A stretch of 64,000 nucleotides of DNA. It comes from Balamuthia mandrillaris. Its lineage: Eukaryota. Both the position numbers and the translations under genes were made by a program. Below, in pieces: positions 61,201-64,000 of this stretch (positions are counted from its first letter, which is position 1; each line of letters starts with the position of its first letter). The DNA lies in the NCBI GenBank assembly GCA_031835245.2, contig JAVKOQ020000026.1:124001-188000 (forward strand), in the 5' to 3' direction. The notes under the pieces are model-generated. The model was not told where the DNA came from. It saw only the letters and a list, made by a program, of their open reading frames with translations, and did not search any database.

Positions 61201-64000
61201 ACGGGGCGACAAGTGCTGGCTTTCAGGTGGTGTTGTGTGACTTTCATGCACAACAACTGTGGAGAAAAAAGTTGCGCAGTATGGTTTGTTCTCTCTCTTT
61301 CATGCATCTGCTCTCTCCCTCTCGTTGTTGCTCATACAAGTAGAAACTAACAATAATACCAAACAACAAGGGAAGGATGATGGAAGTGTATTGGGTTTGT
61401 TAAAAAGACTGCAACATGCCATGACAGAAGATGCAGAGGAAGAAGCAACAAAAGTGTTGAAGAACTATTGCCAAAAAAAGAGGATTACCCGTTTTTGGCA
61501 GTACTTTGACAAGAACTGGCTTTCTCCTCCATGGGCATCAACGTGGAAAAGCATTGATCGTCCTGGGTACCGAGAGGGCTTGTGGAATACCAACAATGCA
61601 ACAGAGACGATCTTTCGTAGCATTCTTCGTGATTTCCACTGCAAAGGCACCAAAGGGGATCACAACTTGGTCTTAACGCTAGCAGACAATGTGTTTCGCC
61701 GCTACAATGTGGAGCTAAACCGCATCGATGTACTACAGCAACGCCCAAGCCTTGGTGTTTGCCGGCTTTGGAGGAGATATCAAGAGGGATTGCGGCTGGC
61801 ACAGCACCAACAGAGTGAGAAACAGAAAGAAAAAGAAGAAATAGAGAATGGCAGCAAAAACGATGACAACAACAACGACAGAGAGGAAAAAGAGGTAGAA
61901 GAAGGATTGAACGCACATTTTGTAGAGCTTGCTGACGGCGTTTTCAAATGGAATGAGTACGACGTGACTATAGAATTGCCTTCATGCACCTGTCCTTACT
62001 TTCGGTTTTATGGTAGGAGGTGCAAACACGTTTTTGGACTTGCTGCTCATCTACAGAAAACATTTTCAGATCAGAACCTTTTAGAGCTTGGGCTGAAAAG
62101 ACAAACAAGACGCACCAACAGCAGCACCTCACAAGTGGCAAGAATAGTTGAAGATGACATCGTTGAAGCAGATGATACTGACTCCCTGGAGCAACGTGTA
62201 GCGCCTGTTACCCTTGATGATGAAGATGTGGAAGGAGAGGAGGGAGATGAACAGGACGAGGAACAGCAGGCGCTGCTACTGTTGGAGGAGCCATCAATGG
62301 ATGAACTTGGTGAGGACGCCGGCGGAGATCTTGAGGAAGAAACTTCTGAAGGAGAAGAACACAACAATAAGAAAGAAGAGAAGGAGGAGAAGGAGGAGAA
62401 GGAGGAGGAGGAGAAGGAAAAGGAGAAAGACAAACTGAATGCAAACAAAAATCAAGGAACAAAGCATCAACATCCAGTGGAGCCAAAAATCGAGTACTCT
62501 AGCAAGGAAGAAGCAGAACAAGCAATCGCATATGCTACAGGGAAGTCATCACCTGGGAGGCCGCGCAATACAACAAAGCGGCCGAAAGTAGCAACCAACC
62601 TGCGACTCACAGAAGAATGTTTGCTTGAATTAAGTTAGTATCTCTTTTTTTTAAACAAAATCTCTCCCTCCTTTCCTACTTTTAGCTAACACCTCACACA
62701 AACACCAGAAACCGAACGTACCTTTCAATCAAAATTAACAAAACCTGAAACAACAAAGAAAAAGGCAGCGGCGGTGGCGGCGGCTGCACCAAAAAAACAA
62801 CAAAATCAAAAAACAAAAACGCAAAGTGGTATGTTTGTCACTTTTTGTATCAAGCAGATTCTTTTTCTGAAGTTGATTTTTGTCATTTTTGAAGAGTGCA
62901 AAGCAAAGCGTACCTCTCAATGGCAAAAGAACTGTAAAACGGAAGAGATCTATGGCGTCGCACCCGTGGTGAACTACCAGGATCCCCGAGTGGACAAAAG
63001 GAAGCCTCTCTCTCCAAAACGACAACTGAAGCCCAACCCACGGTACCAGAAAACACAGGTCGTGAAGCTCCTCTCTCCTCAAAAAAAAGAACAGAACGAA
63101 GAAAAGGTGCCCAGCGGGACAAAGAAAAGACTGGCCAAAAGAACAAAACGAAAAAAAAAAGCCCCCTAAAAAATAAATTTTTGATTTTTCTGATCCCTTT
63201 TCTCCACTCTCTAAAATAATGGCCAGCGCACGCTTTGGTGGCAAAATAGCACAAAAATAATAGGTTGTTATAAATACATATTAGGGTGGGTAAATTACCT
63301 GAGGGGTGGGACGTTTACCGAAGGGGTGGGACTTTTAGCGTTGTGGGGTGGGACGTTTACCCGATTCGCCTGGTTGTTCTGCAGTATAATTGATCAAATA
63401 CCCCTGCTTTCATATTTTATGACGAAAGGTTGGCGCAATCTGTAACAACGCCCACCTTCGCGAGGATGGTGTGCTGGGTCAACCCACTGAAGTGGCTCTG
63501 TTGGTATTAGCTCGCAAAGCTGGCATCGAAATCGATCTTCGCACGTTATTTCCTCGTCAGTCGGAAGACCCCTTCACTCACGCCAGCAAACGCATGTCCG
63601 TGCTCTGCGACTTTCCTCCTGACGCTCGCAAGATGACCACTTTTCACGTTTCTTCTTCTTTCTCTTCGTCCTCCTCTTCACAACCCATTTACTTCATGAA
63701 AGGAGCTCTTCCTGTTGTGTTGGATCACTGTACCACCATCAGCAACGCTCAAGGCAACATTATTGATCTCACTCCACAGAAGCAAGAGATGGTCCTCGCT
63801 GCTGAGAAGGAGATGGGAGAAAACGCCCTTCGGGTAGTGGCCTTTGCCTACGGAACTAGCCCGCGGTCCATGAACTTGGCAGGTTTGTGTGGCATCATGG
63901 ATCCGCCTAGAAACGGCGTTTTGGAAGCCATTAGGGTTTGTTCTCTTTCTCTCCCTCTCTCTCTTCTTTATATCATATTTCCCCCCTTAATTTCTCGTTA
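58272..64000 (+). CDS. PMR1: P2A-type Ca2+/Mn2+ ATPase, SPCA/PMR1-like (3'-partial; first intron carries a transposon)
   Basis: QEYRSEKSVEAL; DESILTGE; GVSLAVAAIPEGLP; CSDKTGTLT; exon ends at 59624 and resumes at 63429 with VGAICNNA...GQPTEVAL...FMKGA...LRVVAFA...MDPPRNGV. Confidence 0.92.
59659..63369 (+). mobile_element. Mutator-like (MULE) DNA transposon, 3,711 bp, with ~90-bp imperfect TIRs and an 8-bp TSD
   Basis: TSD CTGGTTGT at 59651-59658 and 63370-63377. The left end GCAAAAATGGTAGATATCCCACCCCAC aligns with the reverse complement of the right end GCGAATCGGGTAAACGTCCCACCCCAC. A DDE transposase lies inside. Confidence 0.9.
60084..63169 (+). CDS. MULE transposase with SWIM zinc finger (three predicted introns)
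   Basis: VVGLDSIYKL (D1), WPVAFAV, FVMIDKD (D2), LCDFH, NTNNATE (E), CTCPYF...RCKHV (SWIM), SPGRPR. Predicted introns ~61279-61370, 62634-62708 and 62829-62894 keep the frame open. Confidence 0.88.

Overview
This is a compact, intron-rich eukaryotic nuclear region. The actin sequence ([15 protein letters not shown]...[10 protein letters not shown]) and the gene content suggest an amoebozoan of the Acanthamoeba/Balamuthia type; that assignment is an inference. About 26 protein-coding genes can be reconstructed across short, CT-microsatellite-rich introns. Recognisable housekeeping genes include a Tul1-like RING E3, an RFC small subunit, an NT5DC1-like nucleotidase, cyclophilin PPIL1, an EPL1/PZP PHD protein, a RhoGEF, prohibitin, ALG5, actin, eIF3g and an SPCA/PMR1 P-type ATPase. 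Five elements stand out. (1) A plant-style PLS-E1-E2-DYW PPR protein has an intact deaminase motif, a putative mitochondrial presequence and an array built from near-identical, mosaic ~300-bp units. (2) Two uncharacterised, tandem ~102-aa paralogues are transcribed divergently from it. (3) A complete 3.7-kb Mutator-like (MULE) transposon with TIRs and an 8-bp TSD is nested inside an intron of the ATPase. (4) A PH-domain gene has a probable U12-type AT-AC intron. (5) Two genes have unusual domain fusions: C2-TM-SMP-MABP and UEV-UFD1-TRAF-ZnF-UBZ-MYND. All gene models and domain calls were made by eye without database searches. CDS coordinates are gene spans that include introns.
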